Part shown: positions 18,504-27,010 of the stretch, piece by piece | How the letters are laid out: every line of letters begins with the position of its first letter | How positions within the stretch are numbered: position 1 is the stretch's first letter | NCBI GenBank assembly: GCA_029781045.1 | Contig: JAKOXL010000001.1 | Coordinates: forward strand, 8,084-72,083 | Source: Bacillota bacterium | GTDB taxonomy: Bacteria > Bacillota > UBA994 > UBA5500 | Reading direction: 5' to 3' | DNA: 64,000 bases | Notes under the pieces: model-generated | The model's input: the letters and a program-made list of their open reading frames with translations, nothing else | Databases searched by the model: none | What the model was told of the DNA's origin: nothing | Position numbers and translations under genes: made by a program

Positions 18504-19919
18504 CTAAAGCCTTTGGTACATTCTATTGCCCGTCTGCATAGCCCAAGCTTTATCATTGCGAATGTAGAATCTTATCAGCATGCAATCCCGTAATGGGTTG
18601 CCACCTTCTCGGGGAGCCAGGAAGTAATTCTCTCCACAGTAGACTAGGGGCCGCTTTTCTCCTTCAGCAAAAGTGAGCACCAATCCGCCCTTCTCTCTCG
18701 CCACCTTATAGGGATAAGCATAAATTGGCATACCATGCTCCCGCGCCCCATAGAAACCTTCATAGATCCAAGGTTCCTGCGGCGGCCTCTGGGAGATTAC
18801 GAAGTTATGAGTATGCTCTTCAGGGTTATGACCTTGGGCAATATTGAAAGCTCCCATGAGAATGCGTACAGCGTCCACGTTACCCACGTTGGTCAAAACT
18901 GTACCCGCAATCCCCCGATCTTTGAAGAATGCCCCTGCGGAGGAGACTCCTTTTAAGCCCCCGGCATGGGAAAACAGCACTTCCCCGCGACAACGGACTT
19001 TCGCCAGACCATAGGCATAGACACTGGTCTTCAGAGTGGGGAAATCATTGCCCAGCAGCCTATCCACTACGCTCTCAGGCAAGATACGTCGGCCCTCAAA
19101 TACTCCATTTTGCGATAGCATCTTGTAGTACTTATACATATCGTGGCTCGAAGAAATAATCCAGCCACAACCACGGTAGGGAGGAGCCATTTGCCAATTG
19201 TCCGAAGCGGTGACTTCTCCATTTTCCTCTTTAGTAAAGACCTGGGTTACGTTATCGAAATCTTTAAGACGGTGATAGCCTAAGGCTGTACGGGTCATAC
19301 CTAGAGGCTGAAAGACCTTTTTTTCCATATACTCTTCAATGCTCATATCAGCTGCCTGGTCCACAATGGACGAGAGTATGGCGTAACAATCGTTGGAGTA
19401 GCTGGTATACTCCCCAGGTTGCCCCAACACTTGGTAATCGCCTTCCATTATATAGTCTATAATGTCTTCTACTGTATCGACTTTGATTAGACTATCAAGC
19501 TGGTCTACCGTCCGTTTCTCTCCCGGATCGCGTTCGGTATGCCTAGCCATACAGTGGGTGAGGGTAGGTAACAACGGCAACCCGGTGGTATGACTCAAGA
19601 GATGCTTAATAAGCACCGCATCCTTGGGTGTTCCCGGTATCTTAAAACGGGGGAAGAAGCGGGTAACCGGATCATCCATGCTCAACTTGCCTTCATGCTC
19701 CAGCAGCGCAATACAGGTGGCCGTCACCGCCTTCGATAGAGATGCAACGCCCATTATTGTATCGCCATCCACCGGCTTTTCCCTTTTTCCATCTCTATAA
19801 CCGTAGGCCTTATCGTAGACTATCCCGTTTCCGTCGGAAAAGGTGATCGATAAGCCTGGGATGTTCTGCCTTTCCATTTCCTTGATGATAAAGCTGTCCA
19901 TTAAGTTCGCATTAAACAT
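18504..19919 (-). CDS. serine hydrolase, beta-lactamase / S12 D-peptidase family
   Basis: ASLSKAV SxxK motif; paralogous to the 16210-17619 gene. Start at MFNANL with an AGGGAGGAT RBS. Confidence 0.75.
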   Translation of the reverse strand: MFNANLMDSFIIKEMERQNIPGLSITFSDGNGIVYDKAYGYRDGKREKPVDGDTIMGVASLSKAVTATCIALLEHEGKLSMDDPVTRFFPRFKIPGTPKDAVLIKHLLSHTTGLPLLPTLTHCMARHTERDPGEKRTVDQLDSLIKVDTVEDIIDYIMEGDYQVLGQPGEYTSYSNDCYAILSSIVDQAADMSIEEYMEKKVFQPLGMTRTALGYHRLKDFDNVTQVFTKEENGEVTASDNWQMAPPYRGCGWIISSSHDMYKYYKMLSQNGVFEGRRILPESVVDRLLGNDFPTLKTSVYAYGLAKVRCRGEVLFSHAGGLKGVSSAGAFFKDRGIAGTVLTNVGNVDAVRILMGAFNIAQGHNPEEHTHNFVISQRPPQEPWIYEGFYGAREHGMPIYAYPYKVAREKGGLVLTFAEGEKRPLVYCGENYFLAPREGGNPLRDCMLIRFYIRNDKAWAMQTGNRMYQRL

Positions 19920-19947
19920 ACATATCCTCCCTACATTCAACTTCAGG

Positions 19948-21069
19948 CTACCGAGAGCTAAGAATACTCATTATCGCGGAGGCTAATGTGTCCACTGAAC
20001 CAGCATTGTTAGCTAATACAACCACTCCAGCCTTTGACTGCGGGCAGAAAATAGTGGTAGAACAGTATCCTCCGACCAATCCGTTATGGTCGTAGATCTT
20101 TCCGTAGGTGGTGTTGCCGATATGCCAACCTAGACCCACAGTCCTTCCGCCGGAGAAATGGGTTTGCTGGGCCAAAGCCATAGCTGCAGACAAACGCTCA
20201 TCCACCGACATAGCACCTAAATTGGCCGCCAAGAAGCGGATCATGTCGCGGGCCGTACTCTTAATACCGCCTGCCGCCTGCAAGGCGTCGAAGTCCCATT
20301 CCTTTCCAGGCGTGCCACTGGCCAGATGGGGTCCAGCCTTGCGAGCCTGCAGAGTCTCATCGGGAAAAACTGTGGTAGACGACATGCCCAACTTATCACA
20401 GATCAGCTCTTTCAGCATGGCGTCATAGGGCTTTCCGTAGGCATCAGACAAACACTCCCCTAGGACCCCCATACCTAAGTTGGAATACTCATAGCGGGTC
20501 CCGGGGGCCCAGCGTAGCGCATTTAGCCGCATGAACTCATTCATATCCTCACGGCTAAAGTCGGCAAAGGGGTTCATGGGATTGAGTACAACCGGATCAC
20601 GGGGCAAGGCGGAGCTATGGGTGGCCAGATGCTTCAAGGTCATCTCCACACCATCATACTCACCGGCTTTACACCCGGGAAAAAACTCTTTCACCGGTGT
20701 ATCCAGAGAAACTATTCCCTGCAACGATAGATCGGCCAGTATTGTGCCAGTGAAGGTTTTAGTCAGCGAAGCAATTTCAAACAGCGTGTTCTCATCAATC
20801 GGCTTGCCGTCTTTATGGGTACGGCCGTAGTTAAAGTAGGCGATCTTTCCATCTTTAACAACCGCTACTGCCATGCCCATAAAACCCTTGGAGTCAAAAT
20901 AGGCTTGGCATTCCCGCCCAATCTTCTCGCGCAGTTCCTTGTCTTCCAGAAAGGGTAACTCGCCCGCCTTTGCGCCCCCTCCAGACAACGAGGAACAGGC
21001 CGCGATCATGGCAGACATGACTATTACAGCCACCAGACCTAACCATTGCCTGCACCTTCTTGTAGACAT
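19948..21069 (-). CDS. beta-lactamase family (class C-like) lipoprotein
   Basis: Signal peptide plus lipobox (MIAACSS). ASLTKTF SxxK motif. 373 aa. Confidence 0.75.
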   Translation of the reverse strand: MSTRRCRQWLGLVAVIVMSAMIAACSSLSGGGAKAGELPFLEDKELREKIGRECQAYFDSKGFMGMAVAVVKDGKIAYFNYGRTHKDGKPIDENTLFEIASLTKTFTGTILADLSLQGIVSLDTPVKEFFPGCKAGEYDGVEMTLKHLATHSSALPRDPVVLNPMNPFADFSREDMNEFMRLNALRWAPGTRYEYSNLGMGVLGECLSDAYGKPYDAMLKELICDKLGMSSTTVFPDETLQARKAGPHLASGTPGKEWDFDALQAAGGIKSTARDMIRFLAANLGAMSVDERLSAAMALAQQTHFSGGRTVGLGWHIGNTTYGKIYDHNGLVGGYCSTTIFCPQSKAGVVVLANNAGSVDTLASAIMSILSSR

Positions 21070-21099
21070 AAAGCGCGCACCTCCTTAACGCTGCCGAAG

Positions 21100-23193
21100 C
21101 TAAACCAAGAGACACGATACCCAATGGCCCGGCTCCACTTCCCGCAGTTTAGGCTCCTCTTCCCCACAGCGTTTTTGACAGACTGGGCAGCGGGTATGGA
21201 AGGCACAACCAGAGGGTGGATTTACTGGGCTGGGCATATCGCCTTCTAACCTGATGCGCTCACCCTTGTCACCGCTTATCTTAGGCACCGAAGACAGGAG
21301 TGCCTTTGTATAAGGATGCAAAGGATTGCGGTAAACATCCTTCTTGTCGCCGAGTTCAACGATTTTTCCCAAGTACATGACAGCCACCCGATCCGAGATA
21401 TGGTGCACAACCGCCAGATCATGGGAAACGAAAACGAGCGACAGTTCATAGTGCTCTTGTATCCGTCGCAAGAGGTTAATAATCTGCGCCTGAATTGACA
21501 CGTCCAGGGCCGAAACCGGCTCATCACACACAATTAGCTTGGGGTTGACCGATAAGGCCCGAGCGATACCAATGCGTTGCCGCTGGCCACCCGAGAACTC
21601 ATGGGGGTAACGGTTAAAATAGGAACGTTCCAAGCCGCATTCGTCCATCAACTCTAAAACCCGCAACAGGATCTCCTTTTCCGAGGTCAGAGTGCGCTGA
21701 ATACGGATTGGTTCGGCAATAATCTCACCCACCGTCATGCGGGGATCCAGTGAGGCATAGGGATCTTGGAAAATGATCTGCATAACCTTGCGGTCAAACT
21801 CGGGGTTGCGATGTCCGGTGGAGAGGAAATCGGCAGCCGAGCTGTGGAAGAATCCGTACATAAATGTGTCGGCGTTCGGGAAGCTAGGACCCCAGTCGCC
21901 TAAGAAGGACTGCACGTTACCGGTGGTGCGCTTGTCAAACCAAACGCCGCTTTCCACCTGATCGATCTTGGCCGTCATATTGCAGGCGGCAAAGTCCTGT
22001 TGCATGATCTGGTAAACCTGATAGAAGGTGCCGGTACCCACACAAGTCATCTCAAACTCGATACCATCCGGATAACCAGCTTCAGCTAGTAAAGCTTTAG
22101 CCTTCTCTGGGTTGTACTCAAAACCTGGTAGATTGGGATCATAGCCAGGAACACCTTCCGGTAGAATGGTGTTAACAGCCGGCCACAGACCCTTGAAGAA
22201 CTCTCTGGAAATCTTGTCATTGTCAAAGGCATAGGCAACAGCTTCGCGCACCTTGGGGTTATCGAAGGGCTTTTTGCCATTGTTCATGACGAAGAAGACT
22301 TGCGAGAGGGAGTTCTGAATCTTTACGTTATCTGCGAAGTCTGGGTTAGACAGATACTGTTGAGCCATGGTCAAGCCAAGACCACAATAGTCGATGTTAC
22401 CTGCCTCAAACTCTAGATATCTGGTGTTCTCATCCATGTTGTAGAACTCGAAACCATCCACATTGGGCTTTAGGGTACGTCCATTGTAGACGTTATGGTT
22501 ATAGTTGGGGTTAGGCTTCATAACGATCTTGGTCTCTGGATCGAAGGACTCTAAGATAAAGGGACCCGTACCAACAAGTGTATCAATACCCCAACGATCG
22601 CCGGCTGCTTCGCGGGCGTGCTTAGGCACAATACCTAAGTATTCGTTGGCCAGAGCATGAACAAAGGCAGCATAGGGGCTCTCTAGCGTGATGGAGAATT
22701 TGTACTTGTCAATGACCTTGAAGCCTGCCAAAGAATCGGCCTTGCCATCCATCATTTCTTTGGCGCCCAAGATGAAGTCAATCATCCAAGTGTTGAGACA
22801 GTTGGTGGCTGGATTGAAGAAGGTATTGAAGGTATACTCTACGTCTTCACTGGTGAGCTCAACACCATCATGGAAGAGAATGCCTTCTTTAAGTTCAAAG
22901 GTGTAGGTCAAGCCGTCTTCACTAACAGTTGGGAAATCCTTCACGAGCAGTGGGTACATTTCGTACGTAAAAGGCCGCTGGCCAATAAGGGGTTCACAGA
23001 TAAAGCTGTAGGGGGTGGCCACTCGTGGATAGGTGGATTTCATCGCATCGATATGGCCATCCGTGCCGTAGTCTCCACCTAACCGCATAATCTTGTCGCC
23101 GCTAGGCTGAGGCTCAGGGGTTGATGGGGTACATCCGACAAGCGCACTGATGAGCATAAGTGAAACTAACAGGACTGCCAAAAACCGCTTCAT
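21100..23193 (-). CDS. chimeric ORF: family-5 peptide/nickel substrate-binding lipoprotein fused in-frame to the C-terminal half of an OppF/DppF ATPase lacking Walker A; probable internal deletion remnant of an opp/dpp operon
   Basis: N-terminal lipoprotein signal (LVGCTPS) and an SBP_bac_5-like body reaching the ...NPEFDRKV motif. The ORF then continues directly into [25 protein letters not shown]..., with the ABC signature FSGGQRQR, Walker B LIVCDEP and the C-terminal oligopeptide-ATPase extension. No GxxGxGKS/T is present. Start at MKRFL with an AAGGAGGAT RBS. Confidence 0.6.
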   Translation of the reverse strand: MKRFLAVLLVSLMLISALVGCTPSTPEPQPSGDKIMRLGGDYGTDGHIDAMKSTYPRVATPYSFICEPLIGQRPFTYEMYPLLVKDFPTVSEDGLTYTFELKEGILFHDGVELTSEDVEYTFNTFFNPATNCLNTWMIDFILGAKEMMDGKADSLAGFKVIDKYKFSITLESPYAAFVHALANEYLGIVPKHAREAAGDRWGIDTLVGTGPFILESFDPETKIVMKPNPNYNHNVYNGRTLKPNVDGFEFYNMDENTRYLEFEAGNIDYCGLGLTMAQQYLSNPDFADNVKIQNSLSQVFFVMNNGKKPFDNPKVREAVAYAFDNDKISREFFKGLWPAVNTILPEGVPGYDPNLPGFEYNPEKAKALLAEAGYPDGIEFEMTCVGTGTFYQVYQIMQQDFAACNMTAKIDQVESGVWFDKRTTGNVQSFLGDWGPSFPNADTFMYGFFHSSAADFLSTGHRNPEFDRKVMQIIFQDPYASLDPRMTVGEIIAEPIRIQRTLTSEKEILLRVLELMDECGLERSYFNRYPHEFSGGQRQRIGIARALSVNPKLIVCDEPVSALDVSIQAQIINLLRRIQEHYELSLVFVSHDLAVVHHISDRVAVMYLGKIVELGDKKDVYRNPLHPYTKALLSSVPKISGDKGERIRLEGDMPSPVNPPSGCAFHTRCPVCQKRCGEEEPKLREVEPGHWVSCLLV

Positions 23194-23221
23194 ACGTATC
23201 CTCCTTTGTTTTTTGTGGCAA

Positions 23222-23247
23222 TAAACGAAACATCTCATCGATGTTTA
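23222..23247. promoter_or_regulatory. inverted repeat AAACATC-N5-GATGTTT; candidate TetR operator just upstream of the SBP::OppF ORF
   Basis: Perfect 7-nt inverted repeat with a 5-nt spacer, 30-50 bp upstream of the 23193 start codon, in the region divergent from the TetR gene. Confidence 0.25.
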
Positions 23248-23447
23248 TGCCCAACTTCCATTACCACTGCAAGGAATTCCTACTCTCCCGACGAATAACA
23301 TAGCATGCTAACTATCTCGTAAGCCATCCGAGAATTCTGATAAGCATTACTTAATCTAGTTTTTCTTTCAAAAATGACACACTTTTGTAACCTTTACCGA
23401 TATATCTATCAATCAAGGGAAATCACTTTGGGAAAGGGGTGTTCTAG

Positions 23448-24070
23448 GTGACTAATGATACATCGCGCAAAGAACTGGTGTTTAATGCCATAGAAGCTCT
23501 TCTGCTAGAGGAAGGCAGGAAGAGCCTAACCTACGCCAAGATCTCCGAAAGGTGCCATCTACACACCAATACCATCACCTACTATTTCCAGAGCAAAGAA
23601 GATATGATGGTCCAGTTTTTCCAGTACATCGTAGACAGGGACAACGCTAATCTACCGCCTTCTTTACCCACGTGCCCCAAGGCATGACACCGGTGGAAGC
23701 CTTCAATATGTTAATCGATTACATCATAGATGGAGGCCACCTGGAGTCAAAAACTCGACGCTTGCTCAACTTGTATCTGCTGCCACACAAGGATATCAGC
23801 CCCAAGGTGCGAGAGCTGTTCTCCAGAATACACAACACGGCTTGTGCCAACGAGTTAAAGGCCATTGAGATGTACAATAGTCTAGGCATTATCAACGCCG
23901 ACAAGATAAGAGAAGCCTTTGCCGATATAACCTTTGTTTCTTCCGGCCATTCTCTGATCAAACTGTTCGGGGTTGATTGTGTTGATATCGATTTGGCACT
24001 GCATCATGCCAAAGAACGTATAAAGAAGACTTTGCTCAAACCCGAGTATTATGAGGAATGCGCCAAATGA
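23448..24070 (+). pseudogene. TetR/AcrR family transcriptional regulator, split by a frameshift near 23651-23687
   Basis: The N-terminal TetR HTH (TYAKISERCHLHTNTITYYFQSKEDM) is in frame 1 and stops at 23687. The ligand-binding-domain-like remainder is in the +1 frame, open from 23651 to 24070. The combined length of ~205 aa is typical of TetR. This could be a sequencing error. Confidence 0.5.
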
Positions 24071-24079
24071 AGCAACAAA

Positions 24080-24115
24080 AAACGGATGCTAGTACAAGCA
24101 TCCGTTATTTCTTGC
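24080..24115. terminator. intrinsic terminator after the TetR gene, bidirectional with the tRNA-Ser end
   Basis: aacggatgct-agtaca-agcatccgtt followed by atttcttgc. Confidence 0.6.
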
Positions 24116-24120
24116 TTAAC

Positions 24121-24212
24121 TGGCGGAGAGAGTGAGATTCGAACTCACGGAGCAGGATCGCTGCTCACCCGCTTTCGAGGCGGGCGCCTTAAACCACTCG
24201 GCCATCTCTCCC
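24121..24212 (-). tRNA. tRNA-Ser (anticodon CGA), class II, CCA encoded
   Basis: The reverse complement begins GGGAGAGATGGCCGAGTGG; anticodon loop CTCGAAA; long variable arm; GGTTCGAATC T-arm. Confidence 0.85.
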
Positions 24213-24673
24213 TATTTTTCTCTTAACTCCGCAAAAAAGCGACGTAACAGCTGACTGCTTTCCTCAGCCAAAACCCCTGAGGTAACTTCCACCCGGTGGT
24301 TCAACCGTTCATCCCGCACCAGATCCAGCAAGCTACCGCAGGCACCAGCCTTCTTATCAGGGGCCGCATATACCAAATGGGGTATGCGGGCCTGCACAAT
24401 GGCTCCTGCGCACATAGGGCAGGGCTCCAAGGTAACGTAAAGCGTACACCTGGTGAGCCGCCAGCCGCCTAAAACTCGGTTGGCTTGGCGAATGGCCAGC
24501 ATCTCGGCATGGGCCGTGGCATCGCGCTCTGTTTCCCGCAAATTGTGGGCTTTAGCGATAATAGCACCGTCGCGTACAATGACGGCCCCCACCGGGGTCT
24601 CCCCCAACTCATAGGCCTTCCGCGCTTCCGCCAGTGCTATCTGCATAAAACTCTCATGGAGTTCTTGCATCGC
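24212..24673 (-). CDS. tadA: tRNA adenosine(34) deaminase TadA
   Basis: CDA-fold zinc motifs HAEMLAI...PCPMCAGAI. Start taken at MQELHESFMQIALAEA; the longer track ORF runs into tRNA-Arg. The stop codon abuts or overlaps the tRNA-Ser(CGA) 5' end. Confidence 0.8.
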   Translation of the reverse strand, partial: AMQELHESFMQIALAEARKAYELGETPVGAVIVRDGAIIAKAHNLRETERDATAHAEMLAIRQANRVLGGWRLTRCTLYVTLEPCPMCAGAIVQARIPHLVYAAPDKKAGACGSLLDLVRDERLNHRVEVTSGVLAEESSQLLRRFFAELREK

Positions 24674-24745
24674 CAACCACAACCCTTTAAGTCTATCTGC
24701 AAAGACAGACAGTGCGCCTCCCAGCGCACTTACCTTGATTGCTAA

Positions 24746-24821
24746 TGGCGCACCCGGAGGGAATCGAACCCCCGACACGCGGTTTAGGAAACCGCTGCTC
24801 TATCCACTGAGCTACGGATGC
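24746..24821 (-). tRNA. tRNA-Arg (anticodon CCT)
   Basis: Reverse complement GCATCCGTAGCTCAGTGGATAGAGC...; anticodon loop TTCCTAA; ...GGTTCGATTCC...CCA. Confidence 0.85.
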
Positions 24822-24827
24822 ATAAAA

Positions 24828-24904
24828 TGGCGCGCCCGGCAGGATTCGAACCTGCGACCACCGGATTCGTAGTCCGTTACTCTATCCAGCTGAGCTACGG
24901 GCGC
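24828..24904 (-). tRNA. tRNA-Arg (anticodon ACG)
   Basis: Reverse complement GCGCCCGTAGCTCAGCTGGATAGAGT..; anticodon loop CTACGAA; ..GGTTCGAATCC..CCA. Closely resembles canonical bacterial tRNA-Arg(ACG). Confidence 0.85.
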
Positions 24905-24912
24905 ATAAAAAA

Positions 24913-25008
24913 TGGCGGAGAGGGCGGGATTCGAACCCGCGACACGGCTTTGGGCCGTGTAACCGCTTAGCAGGCGGCCGCCTTCGACCTACTCGGCCAC
25001 CTCTCCGC
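24913..25008 (-). tRNA. tRNA-Ser (anticodon GCT), class II
   Basis: Reverse complement GCGGAGAGGTGGCCGAGTAGG..; anticodon loop CTGCTAA; long variable arm; GGTTCGAATCC; CCA. Confidence 0.85.
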
Positions 25009-25087
25009 ATCGCCTATCTATTGTAACACGTCTTCACCGGGCTGCGCAACCACCATTTACTGCCGCTAGCCCGAAAAGAGACTTTGC

Positions 25088-25178
25088 TGGCGGAGAGAGA
25101 GGGATTCGAACCCCCGGTCCCTTGCGGGATCACTGGTTTTCAAGACCAGCGCCATAAACCACTCGGCCATCTCTCCGC
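25088..25178 (-). tRNA. tRNA-Ser (anticodon TGA), class II
   Basis: Reverse complement GCGGAGAGATGGCCGAGTGGTTTA..; anticodon loop CTTGAAA; long variable arm; GGTTCGAATCC; CCA. Confidence 0.85.
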
Positions 25179-25230
25179 ATCATCGAGCAACGTCAAGTTT
25201 AGCATAATTTTCGGCCGTAAGTCAATTGCA

Positions 25231-26511
25231 TCATCTGGTAGGCCGGGTAATACGCTCTACACCCATATACGGCCGCAAGACTTCGGGCACGATTACTTCG
25301 CCTTCCGCCGTCTGGTAGTTCTCTAAAATTGCGGCTACAGTACGGTCAACAGCGAGCCCCGAACCATTCATAGTATGTACAAATTCGGGCCGTGCTTTCG
25401 GTTCCGGACGATAACGAATATTGATACGCCGCGCTTGGAAATCTTCGAAGTTGCTCACAGAAGAAATTTCCACATAGCGGTCGTAACTGGGCATCCAGAC
25501 CTCCGGATCATACTTCATGCTGGCGGTAAAGCCCAAATCACCAGTACACATTTTCATCACTCGGTAAGGCAAGCCCAAGAGCTGCAGAATGTGCTCCGCA
25601 TCGTTTAACAGCTTTTCCATTTCTTCATAGCTGGTTTCTGGCCGCGTAATCTTCACCAGCTCCACCTTATGGAATTGATGCATGCGGATCACACCACGGG
25701 TATCTCGCCCAGCCGATCCGGCTTCCCGCCGGAAGGAAGGGCAGTAGGCCACATAGTAAATAGGTAGCTGGTCGGCCTCCAAAATCTCGTCCCGGTGCAG
25801 GTTCGTTACCGGCACTTCTGCCGTCGGATTGAGGAAATAGTCGGTATCCGTTAGCTTAAAGGCATCGTCTTCAAACTTAGGCAGCTGGCCCGTACCCGTC
25901 ATGCTGGTGCGGTTAATTATGTAAGGTGGTGAGACTTCTCTATACCCATGCTGTTGGGTATGGACGTCCAGCATGAAGTTGATTACAGCCCGATGCAGTT
26001 TGGCCCCCAACCCCTTGTAGGCAATAAAACGGCTACCGGTTACTTTGGCACCCCGCTCCCAGTCGATGATGTCCAAATCGGTGGCCAACTCCCAGTGAGG
26101 CTTGGGCGTAAAATCAAACTTCGTCGGCTCCCCATGACTACGCACAAAAACATTGGCCGTTTCATCGGGTCCAACAGGTACGCTTTCATGGGGCATGTTG
26201 GGTAGCGATAGTAATTCTGCCTCCAAGTCGGCTTCCACTTGGCGCAGCTCCTCATCCAGCTCTTTTATGCGTTGCCCCAGAGCTCGGGTTTCTTCGATCA
26301 GACTGCTGGCGTCTTGCTTAGCTTTCTTTAGCTGAGCCACCTGTTGTGAGGCCTGATTACGGCGATTCTTAAGCTGCTCCACCTCAGCTAAGATGGTGCG
26401 TCGCCGCTCATCCAAACGCAAGAATACATCCAGATCAGCATCCACACCCTTGTTGATTATGGCCTGTCGCACCTTTTCCGGATTGGCACGAATAAACTTA
26501 GGATCTAACAT
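25231..26511 (-). CDS. serS: seryl-tRNA synthetase
   Basis: N-terminal [15 protein letters not shown], a coiled-coil arm and class II aaRS motifs. 426 aa. GGGGAGGAAGG RBS. Confidence 0.9.
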   Translation of the reverse strand: MLDPKFIRANPEKVRQAIINKGVDADLDVFLRLDERRRTILAEVEQLKNRRNQASQQVAQLKKAKQDASSLIEETRALGQRIKELDEELRQVEADLEAELLSLPNMPHESVPVGPDETANVFVRSHGEPTKFDFTPKPHWELATDLDIIDWERGAKVTGSRFIAYKGLGAKLHRAVINFMLDVHTQQHGYREVSPPYIINRTSMTGTGQLPKFEDDAFKLTDTDYFLNPTAEVPVTNLHRDEILEADQLPIYYVAYCPSFRREAGSAGRDTRGVIRMHQFHKVELVKITRPETSYEEMEKLLNDAEHILQLLGLPYRVMKMCTGDLGFTASMKYDPEVWMPSYDRYVEISSVSNFEDFQARRINIRYRPEPKARPEFVHTMNGSGLAVDRTVAAILENYQTAEGEVIVPEVLRPYMGVERITRPTR

Positions 26512-26534
26512 ATACCTTCCTCCCCTTACTTACT

Positions 26535-26830
26535 TTGTTACTTCGCTGCAAAAAAACAAAGTCCCTCACTAAAAGTGAGGGACGGGAAAACCGCGGTACC
26601 ACCCTGATTGACCCAAAATGGGCCCAGCTCTGCACAGATAACGGCTGTCCCGGTCCCAGTCTACCTGGTCTGCTCCCAAGCGGAATACTTCTCAGCGCCA
26701 CGGTTCCCACCTACCACCGTGTCTCTTCAACTGCGCCTGATAGAAGCAATTTCTTGTTCATCGCATTTAGCAGTTTATTTGCGATAGTATATCACTGACA
26801 TGTGGGCGATGCAAGCCACCATAGCCTGCG
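26535..26830 (-). promoter_or_regulatory. T-box riboswitch leader of serS (likely UCC Ser specifier) with terminator/antiterminator
   Basis: On the minus strand the conserved T-box AGGGTGGTACCGCGG lies at 26590-26604. It is followed directly by the terminator CCCGTCCCTCACTTTTAGTGAGGGAC plus TTTGTTTTTTT. An upstream AGAGA GA-motif and a UUCCGC segment sit in the candidate specifier loop. Confidence 0.75.
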
Positions 26831-27010
26831 TTATTTAACGCTTCCCTTAGGTTTCCCAGCACCATAGCCGATTATTCTGGAAAAACGGGCCTACAGCCAC
26901 CCCTGCCGTTGCACTTCTTGTCAACTGGTGATATAAACTAAAGTAGAATACAATATACACAAGTGCTGCGCGTAATCTCCAACAAGCAAAATTTAAAAGG
27001 AGTGACTGTC

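Noticed and set aside
24212-24778. Full 188-aa track ORF for tadA
   Set aside because: The N-terminal 35 codons run through tRNA-Arg(CCT) on the same strand. The start was moved to the internal Met preceding the conserved deaminase core.
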